Shown piece after piece: positions 1 through 7,982 of a stretch of 64,000 bases of DNA. Within the stretch, counting starts at the first letter, position 1, and the number at the start of each line of letters is the position of its first letter. A model generated the notes under the pieces. It did not search any database, was not told the DNA's origin, and saw nothing but the letters and a program-made list of their open reading frames with translations. This stretch comes from Bryobacterales bacterium (GTDB lineage Bacteria > Acidobacteriota > Terriglobia > Bryobacterales > UBA6623): contig JAJEHF010000085.1 of the NCBI GenBank assembly GCA_022823865.1, positions 631 through 64,630 on the forward strand, written 5' to 3'. A program made the translations under genes and the position numbers.

Positions 1-1746
1 CACGTCTACGAAGTACGCCCCGCGGGCAGTGCCGTCGGCACGATCGAGCCAAGTTCTCAGTTCGGTCGAGCCCGCTTCGAGCTCGGCTTCGAAACGCACC
101 GAGCGAGCGCCGGACGAGATAGATCGTCCGCCCTGGAAGGCTCCGATCTTGATGCGGGCCGTGACGCCCTCGATCGGGTAGTCCGCCTCGGGCGGCCGCT
201 CCATCAGGGTAAAGGCGTACCTTCCGGACTCGGCGACGCGAACGGCCCAAAAGGAGTCACCGTCGTACGCGCGAACCCGTTCCGGATCCTGCATTACGGC
301 TTGGTTCGGCGGGCCGCCGTCGGGGCGCCAGTCGAAGCTGGTCAGGCGGGTCGGGTTCCCGCCCTCGGCTCCGATCGGTATCTCGACGTACTCGTGCGCC
401 GGTCCGGAGACTTCTGCCCACCATTCGTCGTAGGCGGCTCTCAGCCGCGCGACCTCCTCCGGGTGCTCGGCGGCTATGTCGCTGGCCTGCGCCGGATCGG
501 CCTTGATGTCGTACAGCTCCTTGCCCTCGACCAACCGCCATCGCTCGTCCAGCACGGCGCTGTTGAGGTACGGCTGCGGGTCGTGCATCTGGCGCTTGCC
601 TTCGACGTAGAACTGCGAGTGCTGCGTGAAGTGAACGCGGCCGTCGGCCCACCCCGGCTCCTCCCGCAGCAGCGGGCCCAGGCTGCGTCCGTCAAACTCG
701 ATCGGCTTGGGCAGCTCCAAGGCGGCAAGCTCGACCAGCGTCGGGACGACATCGATGGCGGCCGCTAGGCGACCGACGTCCCTTCCGCCGCCGATGCCGG
801 CCGCCGGCCAGCGCACGAAGAACGGCACGCGGTGGCCGCCGTCATAGACCGAGCCCTTGCGCGCGCGCATGCCGGCGGAATAGCCCTTCCATTCGCCTAC
901 GTTCGACAGCCCGGCCGCAGTTCCGTTGTCGGTCATGAAGATGAAGATCGTGTTGTCGGAGAGGCCGAGCTCGTCGAGCCTCGTCCGGAAGGCGCCGAGG
1001 TTCTCGTCGATGTTCTCGATCATGCCGTAGAACTTCGCCATCGCTGGGGGCGCGCCCTTCGCTTCGTAGGGCTTGCTGTAACTCTCGTCGACAAACAACG
1101 GCGCGTGCGGAGCGTTCAGGGGGAAGTAGGCGAAGAACGGCCTGTCGCGGTTCTTCTCGACCCACGTGAGGCCTTCGCGGAAGAAGACGTCGGTGCAATA
1201 GCCTTCGTACTGCTCGACGACGTTGTTGTGCGAGTACCGGTCGTCGAAGTAATCGTTGCCCCAGGCATCGGCCGCTTGAGTGGCGCCGCCGCTCCAGCAG
1301 ACTACCGTCTCGTCGAAGCCGCGTTCGTTTGGCCGGAAGGGGAAGTTGTCACCCAAGTGCCACTTGCCGAACAGGCCTGTCGTGTAGCCGTTGTGCTTGA
1401 GGATCTCCGCCAGGGTCGTCTCCTCGAGCCGCATGATCGAGCGGCCGGCGAACGCCGCCGTGACGCCGCAGCGGAAGGCGTGGCGCCCGGTCAACAGTCC
1501 GGTGCGGGTGGGTGCGCACAGCGGGTCAACATGGAAGTCCGTGAACCGCACCGCGTCGGCATGGAATCGGTCCATGTTCGGCGTGTTGATGACAGGATTG
1601 CCGTGGCAGCCCAAGTCGCCGTAGCCTTGGTCGTCCGTGATCACCAGGACGATGTTGGGTTTCCGGCCAAGCGCGGGCCCAGAACAGGCGGCGACCAGGG
1701 ATGCCGCTCCTAGAAAGCCGCGACGAGTGATGGACTGCTCGGCCAC
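1..1746 (-). CDS. Formylglycine-type sulfatase with Tat signal; C-terminus lies beyond base 1 (partial)
   Basis: Absent from the ORF track because it has no stop in the window. Manual reverse translation from GTG at 1746 gives VAEQSITRRGFLGAASLVAAC (twin-arginine signal), then NIVLVITDDQGYGDLGCHGN...DPLCAPTRTGLLTGR (C-x-P-x-R sulfatase signature). The frame stays open to base 1. Confidence 0.85.
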   Translation of the reverse strand, partial: MAEQSITRRGFLGAASLVAACSGPALGRKPNIVLVITDDQGYGDLGCHGNPVINTPNMDRFHADAVRFTDFHVDPLCAPTRTGLLTGRHAFRCGVTAAFAGRSIMRLEETTLAEILKHNGYTTGLFGKWHLGDNFPFRPNERGFDETVVCWSGGATQAADAWGNDYFDDRYSHNNVVEQYEGYCTDVFFREGLTWVEKNRDRPFFAYFPLNAPHAPLFVDESYSKPYEAKGAPPAMAKFYGMIENIDENLGAFRTRLDELGLSDNTIFIFMTDNGTAAGLSNVGEWKGYSAGMRARKGSVYDGGHRVPFFVRWPAAGIGGGRDVGRLAAAIDVVPTLVELAALELPKPIEFDGRSLGPLLREEPGWADGRVHFTQHSQFYVEGKRQMHDPQPYLNSAVLDERWRLVEGKELYDIKADPAQASDIAAEHPEEVARLRAAYDEWWAEVSGPAHEYVEIPIGAEGGNPTRLTSFDWRPDGGPPNQAVMQDPERVRAYDGDSFWAVRVAESGRYAFTLMERPPEADYPIEGVTARIKIGAFQGGRSISSGARSVRFEAELEAGSTELRTWLDRADGTARGAYFVDV

Positions 1747-2168
1747 GGAGTGCCCATCTTAGCCTGTCTGCAACCACACGGTGGCGCCTCAAAGATACCT
1801 CGAGAGCGTATCGTTCCGCCGTTCGGGCAACCCTAGTGCCGATGGCTAGCGCACGATGCGCCGAAGTTCCATGCAGACCTCGAAACTGAGGATTTGGTCT
1901 CATGGCACCGACTGGTGGCCCGCAATGATTTGACCCGGATCGGGAACTATATTGGGTGTTGGATTTTGGGGCGAAGCGCGGGGAGTCGAACCCTGAAGGC
2001 AAGAATGACAAGTCCCGCCATGCGACCGCGCCGCCCCGACAGAGTGGCCGCAATGACTGCTAGCGGCCTCTCTGGACCCATTGAAGGGACTGCATCATCG
2101 TTCCCGTGCTGTCCCCCTGCTGTAGATTTCCAAGCAGGATTTGCACCAATCGTCATTGAACCCATGCT

Positions 2169-2357
2169 TCATTCGATGCGTTGCGACTTCCGGATAGTTG
2201 TAGACCCGGACTCGTCCTCCGTCAACCAACGCCACAGCGACGCCGCCCAATCGCACGAACTGTCAAGCACGCAGATTACGATGAGTATGAGAATGGCCGC
2301 AACGGCCCCGGGGCCGATCAACCAGCGTCCCCTCCACGTCAGTTGCCTCATGCTCAA
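2169..2357 (-). CDS. Possible small single-TM membrane protein (about 60 aa), unknown function
   Basis: Track ORF MSMRQLTWRGRWLIGPGAVAAILILIVICVLD... has one clear hydrophobic helix. It lies in a visibly lower-GC stretch. No recognisable family. Confidence 0.25.
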   Translation of the reverse strand: MSMRQLTWRGRWLIGPGAVAAILILIVICVLDSSCDWAASLWRWLTEDESGSTTIRKSQRIE

Positions 2358-2570
2358 ACCCTAGCGGACTTGGTTGCAACCTTAGTGCCCTCGGGCCGAC
2401 GCTTCGAGGTCATCTTCATTTCGCCACTAATCCGTTCCGAGCGTATCGAGAAGCGCGAAAGGTATTCATGCCATACGACTTATTGAACGAATAGAGAAGC
2501 GATGGTCGGGGTCCGATCGACCCAGGTGCGCCTGCAGGGGCCGCCAGCATTGGCGCGCAAGGACGCTGCC

Positions 2571-2969
2571 CTACAGGGGGCGTGTGCTTGGCAGTGTGGC
2601 CATCCGCTTGTCGAGTGTCAGCGCGGACAGACCGGCTCGCGCATAGTCGTTCGCAATCAGCCGGTCAAGGAGCCCAGCACCGCCAGATGCGTCGAGAGCG
2701 GCGATGACGGACCCACCGTTTAGCGGCGCGACGATCCCGCTCTGCAACACATCAAGCAGTCCGGCCCGTGTTTCAACCTTGGAAATCCCGTAGTGATGCT
2801 GAATGGCGATGTAGGCCTCTCCGATGACCTGATTCGACGCGAAGATCTCGGCTCCCTCGTTCTCGATCAACGCTCTCAGGGCGGTCAGGGAATACTTGAA
2901 ACTAGGCTCGGGGTGGCCCGTAACCAGCCGAACCAGAACGGAGGTGTCAATCCCGTAGCGCGGGGTCAT
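2571..2969 (-). CDS. PIN-domain toxin (VapC-like)
   Basis: 132 aa. The N-terminal GIDTSVLV (acidic D in strand 1), a later conserved acidic and the size fit a PIN/VapC. It overlaps an upstream AbrB-type antitoxin gene. Confidence 0.8.
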   Translation of the reverse strand: MTPRYGIDTSVLVRLVTGHPEPSFKYSLTALRALIENEGAEIFASNQVIGEAYIAIQHHYGISKVETRAGLLDVLQSGIVAPLNGGSVIAALDASGGAGLLDRLIANDYARAGLSALTLDKRMATLPSTRPL

Positions 2970-3189
2970 GTGCTTGATTGCGGAACGATTCCAGATCGAA
3001 CGGAATCCGATCTGGTCGAATCTTCGATCGCAGAGGTGCGAGACGAGCCGGGTCGATTCGACGGGGCCTTAGCATGAACCCGTCGGAGCACTCTATCAGT
3101 TCAATTTGGTCACCGGTGCCCACGCCAAGTGCATCCAAGACCCGTGCGGGGAAGGTGACCTGACGTTTTGACGTGATCTTGACTACCAC
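2947..3189 (-). CDS. AbrB/SpoVT-family antitoxin
   Basis: VVKITSKRQVTFPARVLDALGVGTGDQIEL is the SpoVT-AbrB swapped-hairpin motif. I prefer the GTG at 3189, preceded by AAGGAG with a 6-nt spacer, over the track start at 3267. Confidence 0.75.
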   Translation of the reverse strand: MVVKITSKRQVTFPARVLDALGVGTGDQIELIECSDGFMLRPRRIDPARLAPLRSKIRPDRIPFDLESFRNQAHDPALRD

Positions 3190-3378
3190 AACCAGCTCCT
3201 TACCTTTAGCGTACTTCAGTAAGGAGAATATCGCAAGCTCGTTCGCTCCGTTGTTTGCTTGGCGCAATCAAAACTGAGTCTGTGGACTCAGGATGCGCGC
3301 CCGCATTGACAAGTACGTGCTCGAACCTGAAGAATGGAAGCTTGCAGGTGACACGCACCTAGGTCCGTTAGGCCGGTC

Positions 3379-3457
3379 GCCACCAAGGAATCTGCCGCCC
3401 CTCGAGCTGTAGCTGCGGCCTGAAAGCGTTGGTGGCTCCCCCCATCGGAGGATTACT
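3379..3457 (+). promoter_or_regulatory. Structured 5' leader of metK (candidate riboswitch-like element, class unassigned)
   Basis: 8-bp stem GCCACCAA(3379-3386)/TTGGTGGC(3429-3436) encloses an inner GCCGC/GCGGC stem. It is followed by CTCC...GGAG, which could occlude the GGAGGA RBS (3447-3452) before the TTG start at 3458. Confidence 0.25.
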
Positions 3458-4618
3458 TTGCCGCATAGCGCTACGCAGTTGTTCACATCAGAGTCAGTCA
3501 GCGAAGGGCATCCTGACAAGCTGTCCGACAAGATTTCCGATGCGGTCCTCGACGGAGTTCTAGCCGAAGACCCGCTCGGCAGGGTTGCATGCGAGACCCT
3601 CGTAACGACTGACCTGTGTGTGATCGCCGGCGAAATCCGAACCAGTGCGGCGTTGGACTTTGAGCAGATCGCGCGGGATACGATTCGCGAGATCGGCTAC
3701 AACGACCCGGCCTACGGGTTTGACGCCGGCACTTGCGCAGTCAAGACGCATCTCCACCAACAGTCGACAGATATCGCCATGGGCGTCGACACCGGCGGAG
3801 CCGGCGACCAAGGCCTGATGTTCGGCTTCGCCTGTCGCGAAACCGATGCGTTGATGCCGCTGCCGATCATGCTTGCCCACGAGCTGGTGCAGCGTCTCAC
3901 CGACGTCCGCAAGACAGGCCAGTTGGAGTTCCTGCGCCCTGACGGCAAGTCCCAAGTCACCGTGCAGTACGAGGGCAGCAAGCCGGTTCGCATTGATGCC
4001 GTGGTGGTTTCGACCCAGCATGATCCGGTCAACGGACCCACGCTGGCGAGCCAAGAACAGTTGCGCGAGCAAGTCAGGGAAGCCGTGATCGACCATGTCG
4101 TGCCACAGGACTTGGCGGACGCGCACACCAAGTACCACATCAATCCCACCGGGCAGTTCGAGATCGGCGGCCCGCACGGAGATTGCGGCCTGACCGGGCG
4201 TAAGATCATTGTCGACACCTACGGCGGCATGGGCCGTCATGGCGGCGGGGCGTTCTCAGGCAAGGATCCCACGAAGGTGGACAGATCCGCGTGCTACATG
4301 GCGCGGCACATCGCAAAGAACATCGTCTGGGCGGGCCTGGCGGATCGCTGCGAGGTCCAGTTGGCGTATGCCATCGGCGTTGCCGATCCGGTGTCTGTCA
4401 GGGTGGACACCTATGGGACGGGACAGCTTGGCGACGAGCGCCTTGCAGAGGTCGTCACGGAACTGTTCCCGCTCACGCCCGCCGGCCTGATCGAGTACCT
4501 TGATCTGCGGCGGCCGATTTACAAGCCCACCGCAGCCTATGGGCATTTCGGCCGGAGCGGGGACACCTTTACGTGGGAACAGCCTACCCGTGTGGACGCC
4601 CTGAAGCAACAGGTTTGA
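3458..4618 (+). CDS. metK: S-adenosylmethionine synthetase
   Basis: 386 aa. [36 protein letters not shown] and [16 protein letters not shown] are canonical MetK motifs. Confidence 0.97.
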   Translation: MPHSATQLFTSESVSEGHPDKLSDKISDAVLDGVLAEDPLGRVACETLVTTDLCVIAGEIRTSAALDFEQIARDTIREIGYNDPAYGFDAGTCAVKTHLHQQSTDIAMGVDTGGAGDQGLMFGFACRETDALMPLPIMLAHELVQRLTDVRKTGQLEFLRPDGKSQVTVQYEGSKPVRIDAVVVSTQHDPVNGPTLASQEQLREQVREAVIDHVVPQDLADAHTKYHINPTGQFEIGGPHGDCGLTGRKIIVDTYGGMGRHGGGAFSGKDPTKVDRSACYMARHIAKNIVWAGLADRCEVQLAYAIGVADPVSVRVDTYGTGQLGDERLAEVVTELFPLTPAGLIEYLDLRRPIYKPTAAYGHFGRSGDTFTWEQPTRVDALKQQV

Positions 4619-4677
4619 GAGGCATGGCTGGCCGCGCGGTCGGCCCGCGGGCTTAAAGTGAGCTAAGGAGGCTTGCG

Positions 4678-6162
4678 ATGGCGCTAGCTGAAACCCTGCC
4701 GGACACGCGCGAGACCGAGTCCGCGCTCGGCGATGATTTCAGGGTCAAGGATCTTGGCTTGGCCGAATTCGGCCGCGACGAAATCCGTCTGGCCGAGCAT
4801 GAAATGCCCGGCTTGACGGCGCTGCGCGAGCAGTTCGCCGGAGAGCGGCCCTTGGCCGGGGCGCGCATCACGGGCTCGCTGCACATGACAGTGCAGACGG
4901 CGGTCTTGATCGAAACGCTCCGCCAGCTCGGCGCGTCGCTCCGCTGGGCTTCGTGCAACATCTTCTCCACGCAGGACCATGCCGCCGCCGCGGTCGCGGT
5001 CGGGCCGGGAGGTTCTGCGGAGGCCCCTGCCGGAGTCCCGGTGTTCGCGTGGAAGGGCGAGACGCTCGAGGAGTATTGGTGGGCCACGGCCCGGGCGCTG
5101 CTCTGGCCGGACGGCGCGGGCCCGAATCTGATCCTCGACGATGGCGGAGACGCCACGCTATTAGTGCACTTGGGGCTGGAGTGCGACCGGGCGGGAGCCG
5201 TGCCGGACCCCTCCACGGCATCTTCCGACGAAGAGGCCGTGATCCTAGCTCGTCTCGAGACGTTGCGTCGCGAGCGGGGCCCGTTCTGGGCAGGGATCGC
5301 CGCGGGGATTCGCGGCGTTTCCGAAGAGACCACCACGGGCGTGCATCGGCTCTACCAGCGGCAGCAGGAGGGGTCGTTGCTGTTTCCGGCCATCAATGTC
5401 AATGACTCGGTGACCAAGTCAAAGTTCGACAACCTCTATGGATGCCGCCACTCGCTGCTGGATGGAATCAACCGCGGCCTGGACCTGATGATCAGCGGCA
5501 AGGTGGTTGTCGTGTGCGGCTACGGCGACGTCGGCAAGGGCTGCGCCCAGTCCGTGCGCGGCCAGGGGGCGCGAGTGATCGTCACCGAGATCGACCCGAT
5601 TTGCGCCTTGCAGGCGGCCATGGAGGGCTTCGAGGTGCGGCGGTTGGAGGATGTGCTGGAAGTCGGCGACATCTTCGTCACCGCCACCGGCAACAAGCAC
5701 ATCATCACCGCCCAGCACATGGCTCGCATGAAGCATCAAGCCGTCGTCGGCAACATCGGCCATTTCGACAACGAGATCGACATGGCGGGCTTGGCCAAGG
5801 CAGAGGGGGTCACGCGCAAGAATATCAAGCCCCAAGTGGACGAGCACCGGTTCCCCGACGGGCATTCGGTGATCGTGCTCTCGGAAGGTCGCCTGCTCAA
5901 CCTCGGCAACGCCACCGGCCATCCCAGCTTCGTGATGTCCTGTAGCTTCACCAACCAGGTCCTGGCGCAGATCGAGTTGCACCGCAACGCGGAGTCTTAC
6001 GGCCGCACCGTTGCCACGCTGCCGAAGGCGCTCGACGAGCAGGTCGCTCGCCTGCACCTGCCCGCGCTGGGCGCCGATCTCACCGAGCTTTCCGAGGAGC
6101 AGGCCGAGTATCTCGGCATCTCCGCGGACGGCCCCTACAAGTCTGACCACTATCGGTATTGA
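4678..6162 (+). CDS. ahcY: Adenosylhomocysteinase
   Basis: 494 aa. [26 protein letters not shown], the NAD-binding [12 protein letters not shown] and the C-terminal [10 protein letters not shown] are canonical. Adjacent to metK (methyl cycle). Confidence 0.97.
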   Translation: MALAETLPDTRETESALGDDFRVKDLGLAEFGRDEIRLAEHEMPGLTALREQFAGERPLAGARITGSLHMTVQTAVLIETLRQLGASLRWASCNIFSTQDHAAAAVAVGPGGSAEAPAGVPVFAWKGETLEEYWWATARALLWPDGAGPNLILDDGGDATLLVHLGLECDRAGAVPDPSTASSDEEAVILARLETLRRERGPFWAGIAAGIRGVSEETTTGVHRLYQRQQEGSLLFPAINVNDSVTKSKFDNLYGCRHSLLDGINRGLDLMISGKVVVVCGYGDVGKGCAQSVRGQGARVIVTEIDPICALQAAMEGFEVRRLEDVLEVGDIFVTATGNKHIITAQHMARMKHQAVVGNIGHFDNEIDMAGLAKAEGVTRKNIKPQVDEHRFPDGHSVIVLSEGRLLNLGNATGHPSFVMSCSFTNQVLAQIELHRNAESYGRTVATLPKALDEQVARLHLPALGADLTELSEEQAEYLGISADGPYKSDHYRY

Positions 6163-6183
6163 TAGCGCGGAGGCGGGCGAGCG

Positions 6184-7005
6184 ATGTCCCGAGCGGGGGT
6201 GCGGCGAGCGCTAATGCGCGGCGCAGCCGCATGCATCCTGCTCTCATGCGCGGGCTGGCTCGTGGCGCAGCGCGGCTATCGCGACATCCTGCTGCCGCCG
6301 GAATCGCCTTGGAGCGTTCACGAGCCGCCCGGCAGCGGACGGCCGTCTGAATTCGTGCTCGCCCGCATGGCATACACAGACCGCTATGCCGACCAACTGC
6401 TCGACATGCGGCCGTGGCAGATCGACACGCCGGCTGCAGAGCGACATTTCCTGCAAGGCCTGCAGCGCCTCTCGGTGATTGACGCGCGGCCGAACGAGAC
6501 CTACGTCCATCCCAACGATCCGGAGGTGTTCGACTATCCGTTCCTGTACGTGGTCGAGGCCGGCCACTGGGACTTAACCGCATCGGAGGTCGAGCGCATC
6601 CGGGAGTATCTCCTGCGCGGCGGCTTCATCATGTTCGACGACTTCCACGGCAGCGAGGAATGGGAGCACTTCATGAACGGCATCCGCCAGATCTTCCCCG
6701 ATCTGCCCGTGGAGGACCTCGATGCCGACAACGAGGTCTTCCACGTGCTGTTCGACATGGAGCACCGCGAGCAGATCCCCGGGGCGCAGATGCTCTACAG
6801 CCAGCGGCCCTACGAACGCGACGGAGTCGTCCCGCACTGGCGCGGCATTCGCGACGAAGACGGGCGGTTGATGGTCTTGATCAACCACAACATGGACCTT
6901 GGCGACGCTTGGGAGCACGCCGACTGGCCCGAATACCCGGAGCGGTTCACCGCGATGTCCTACCGCCTAGCGATCAACTACATCATTTACGCGATGACAC
7001 ACTGA
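6184..7005 (+). CDS. DUF4159-like secreted/membrane-anchored protein
   Basis: 273 aa with an N-terminal hydrophobic anchor. FLYVVEAGHWDLTASEVERIREYLLRGGFIMFDDF resembles the DUF4159 core as I recall it. Confidence 0.65.
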   Translation: MSRAGVRRALMRGAAACILLSCAGWLVAQRGYRDILLPPESPWSVHEPPGSGRPSEFVLARMAYTDRYADQLLDMRPWQIDTPAAERHFLQGLQRLSVIDARPNETYVHPNDPEVFDYPFLYVVEAGHWDLTASEVERIREYLLRGGFIMFDDFHGSEEWEHFMNGIRQIFPDLPVEDLDADNEVFHVLFDMEHREQIPGAQMLYSQRPYERDGVVPHWRGIRDEDGRLMVLINHNMDLGDAWEHADWPEYPERFTAMSYRLAINYIIYAMTH

Positions 7006-7013
7006 GGTTCGGC

Positions 7014-7295
7014 TCAGCGCCTGCGCTTGTCAAAGAGCGCCGACACTTCCGATGCAAACAGCCATAGATTGACCAGCCCTATCCCGGAAATGGCACCCCG
7101 CAGGTGGTTGCCCAGCCAAAAGGCGCTGTGCTGGGGCTGCAGGCTGAAGAAGTAGTTGTTGTCCCAGAGCAGGGTCCAGGGCAGCAGCAGCAGGACCACG
7201 CCGACTTCCATGCAGACCAACACCAAGAAGACCTGTCGGAGCAGGATGTGCGGCCGGCCGCGCGAAACCCCCTTCGCCTCCTGCAGGGAGGGCAT
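7014..7295 (-). CDS. Small 2-TM membrane protein, unknown function
   Basis: Two hydrophobic segments (VFLVLVCMEVGVVLLLLPW and ISGIGLVNLWLFA). Start set at an internal Met to avoid overlap with rnhB; the track start is 7349. Confidence 0.4.
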   Translation of the reverse strand: MPSLQEAKGVSRGRPHILLRQVFLVLVCMEVGVVLLLLPWTLLWDNNYFFSLQPQHSAFWLGNHLRGAISGIGLVNLWLFASEVSALFDKRRR

Positions 7296-7324
7296 CCTCG
7301 GACTGATGCTCACGAAGTCCCAGT

Positions 7325-7981
7325 TTAGCCGCTGGGCGCTGCGCTGCATTCGAACTTAGCCAGCTCGCGCACCGGGCCGTAGCTGAAGCGGTGCTGGGGC
7401 GTGCAGCCATGCTCGCGGAGCGAGGCGAGATGCTGTGGCGACGGGTAGCCCTTGTGGTCTCTCAGTCCATATTCGGGATAGACCGCATCCCACTCCAGCA
7501 TGCACCGGTCTCGGGCGACCTTCGCGAGGATCGACGCTGCCGCGATGGAGCTGCTCTTGCTGTCCCCCCTGACGATCCCTCTTTGCTGGATCGGCAGGTC
7601 GATTTCCGCCGCGTCGACAAGCAAGAAGTCGGGCGTCGGATCGAGGCCTGCCACGGCCAGCTTCATGGCCAGCCGCGACGCCTGCAGGATATTGAGCAGG
7701 TCGATCGTGGCGGCGTCCACCGCTCGCACCGCGAACGTCAAGGCGATCTGCCGGATGCGGCGGTCCAGCTCCGATCTGCGGCCCGGGCTCAGCCGCTTGC
7801 TGTCGTCCAGGCCCGCAATAGCGGCCCCGGGGGGAAGCACCACCGCGGCGGCGAACACCGGCCCGAACAAGCAGCCGCGGCCCGCCTCGTCGACGCCGGC
7901 GATGCACTGGAGTCCTGCGTCTGCGGCGGCGGCTTCAAGGGTCCAGTCCGGGAGGGCTCGATCCCGGCTGGCAGCGGCCAT
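7325..7981 (-). CDS. rnhB: Ribonuclease HII
   Basis: AGVDEAGRGCLFGPVFAAAVVL and DDSKRLS are RNase HII active-site motifs. 218 aa. Confidence 0.93.
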   Translation of the reverse strand: MAAASRDRALPDWTLEAAAADAGLQCIAGVDEAGRGCLFGPVFAAAVVLPPGAAIAGLDDSKRLSPGRRSELDRRIRQIALTFAVRAVDAATIDLLNILQASRLAMKLAVAGLDPTPDFLLVDAAEIDLPIQQRGIVRGDSKSSSIAAASILAKVARDRCMLEWDAVYPEYGLRDHKGYPSPQHLASLREHGCTPQHRFSYGPVRELAKFECSAAPSG

Positions 7982-7982
7982 G

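Noticed and set aside
1967-1995. tRNA / tRNA-Sec / tmRNA gene on the minus strand (T-loop TTCGACT, acceptor 3' strand and encoded CCA)
   Set aside because: I could not build a cloverleaf. No complementary 5' acceptor strand (GCGAAGCG or a wobble variant) lies within about 100 nt, and no D-arm or proper anticodon stem is present. The candidate anticodon region does not pair. The 3' strand lacks the G3:U70-compatible U needed for tmRNA. Kept only as a possible att-site remnant.
3268-3457. Specific call of a SAM-I (S-box) riboswitch upstream of metK
   Set aside because: The conserved S-box elements (for example the GAGGGA / GCCC / GCAACC core) are not recognisable by eye. Only a generic structured leader is reported.
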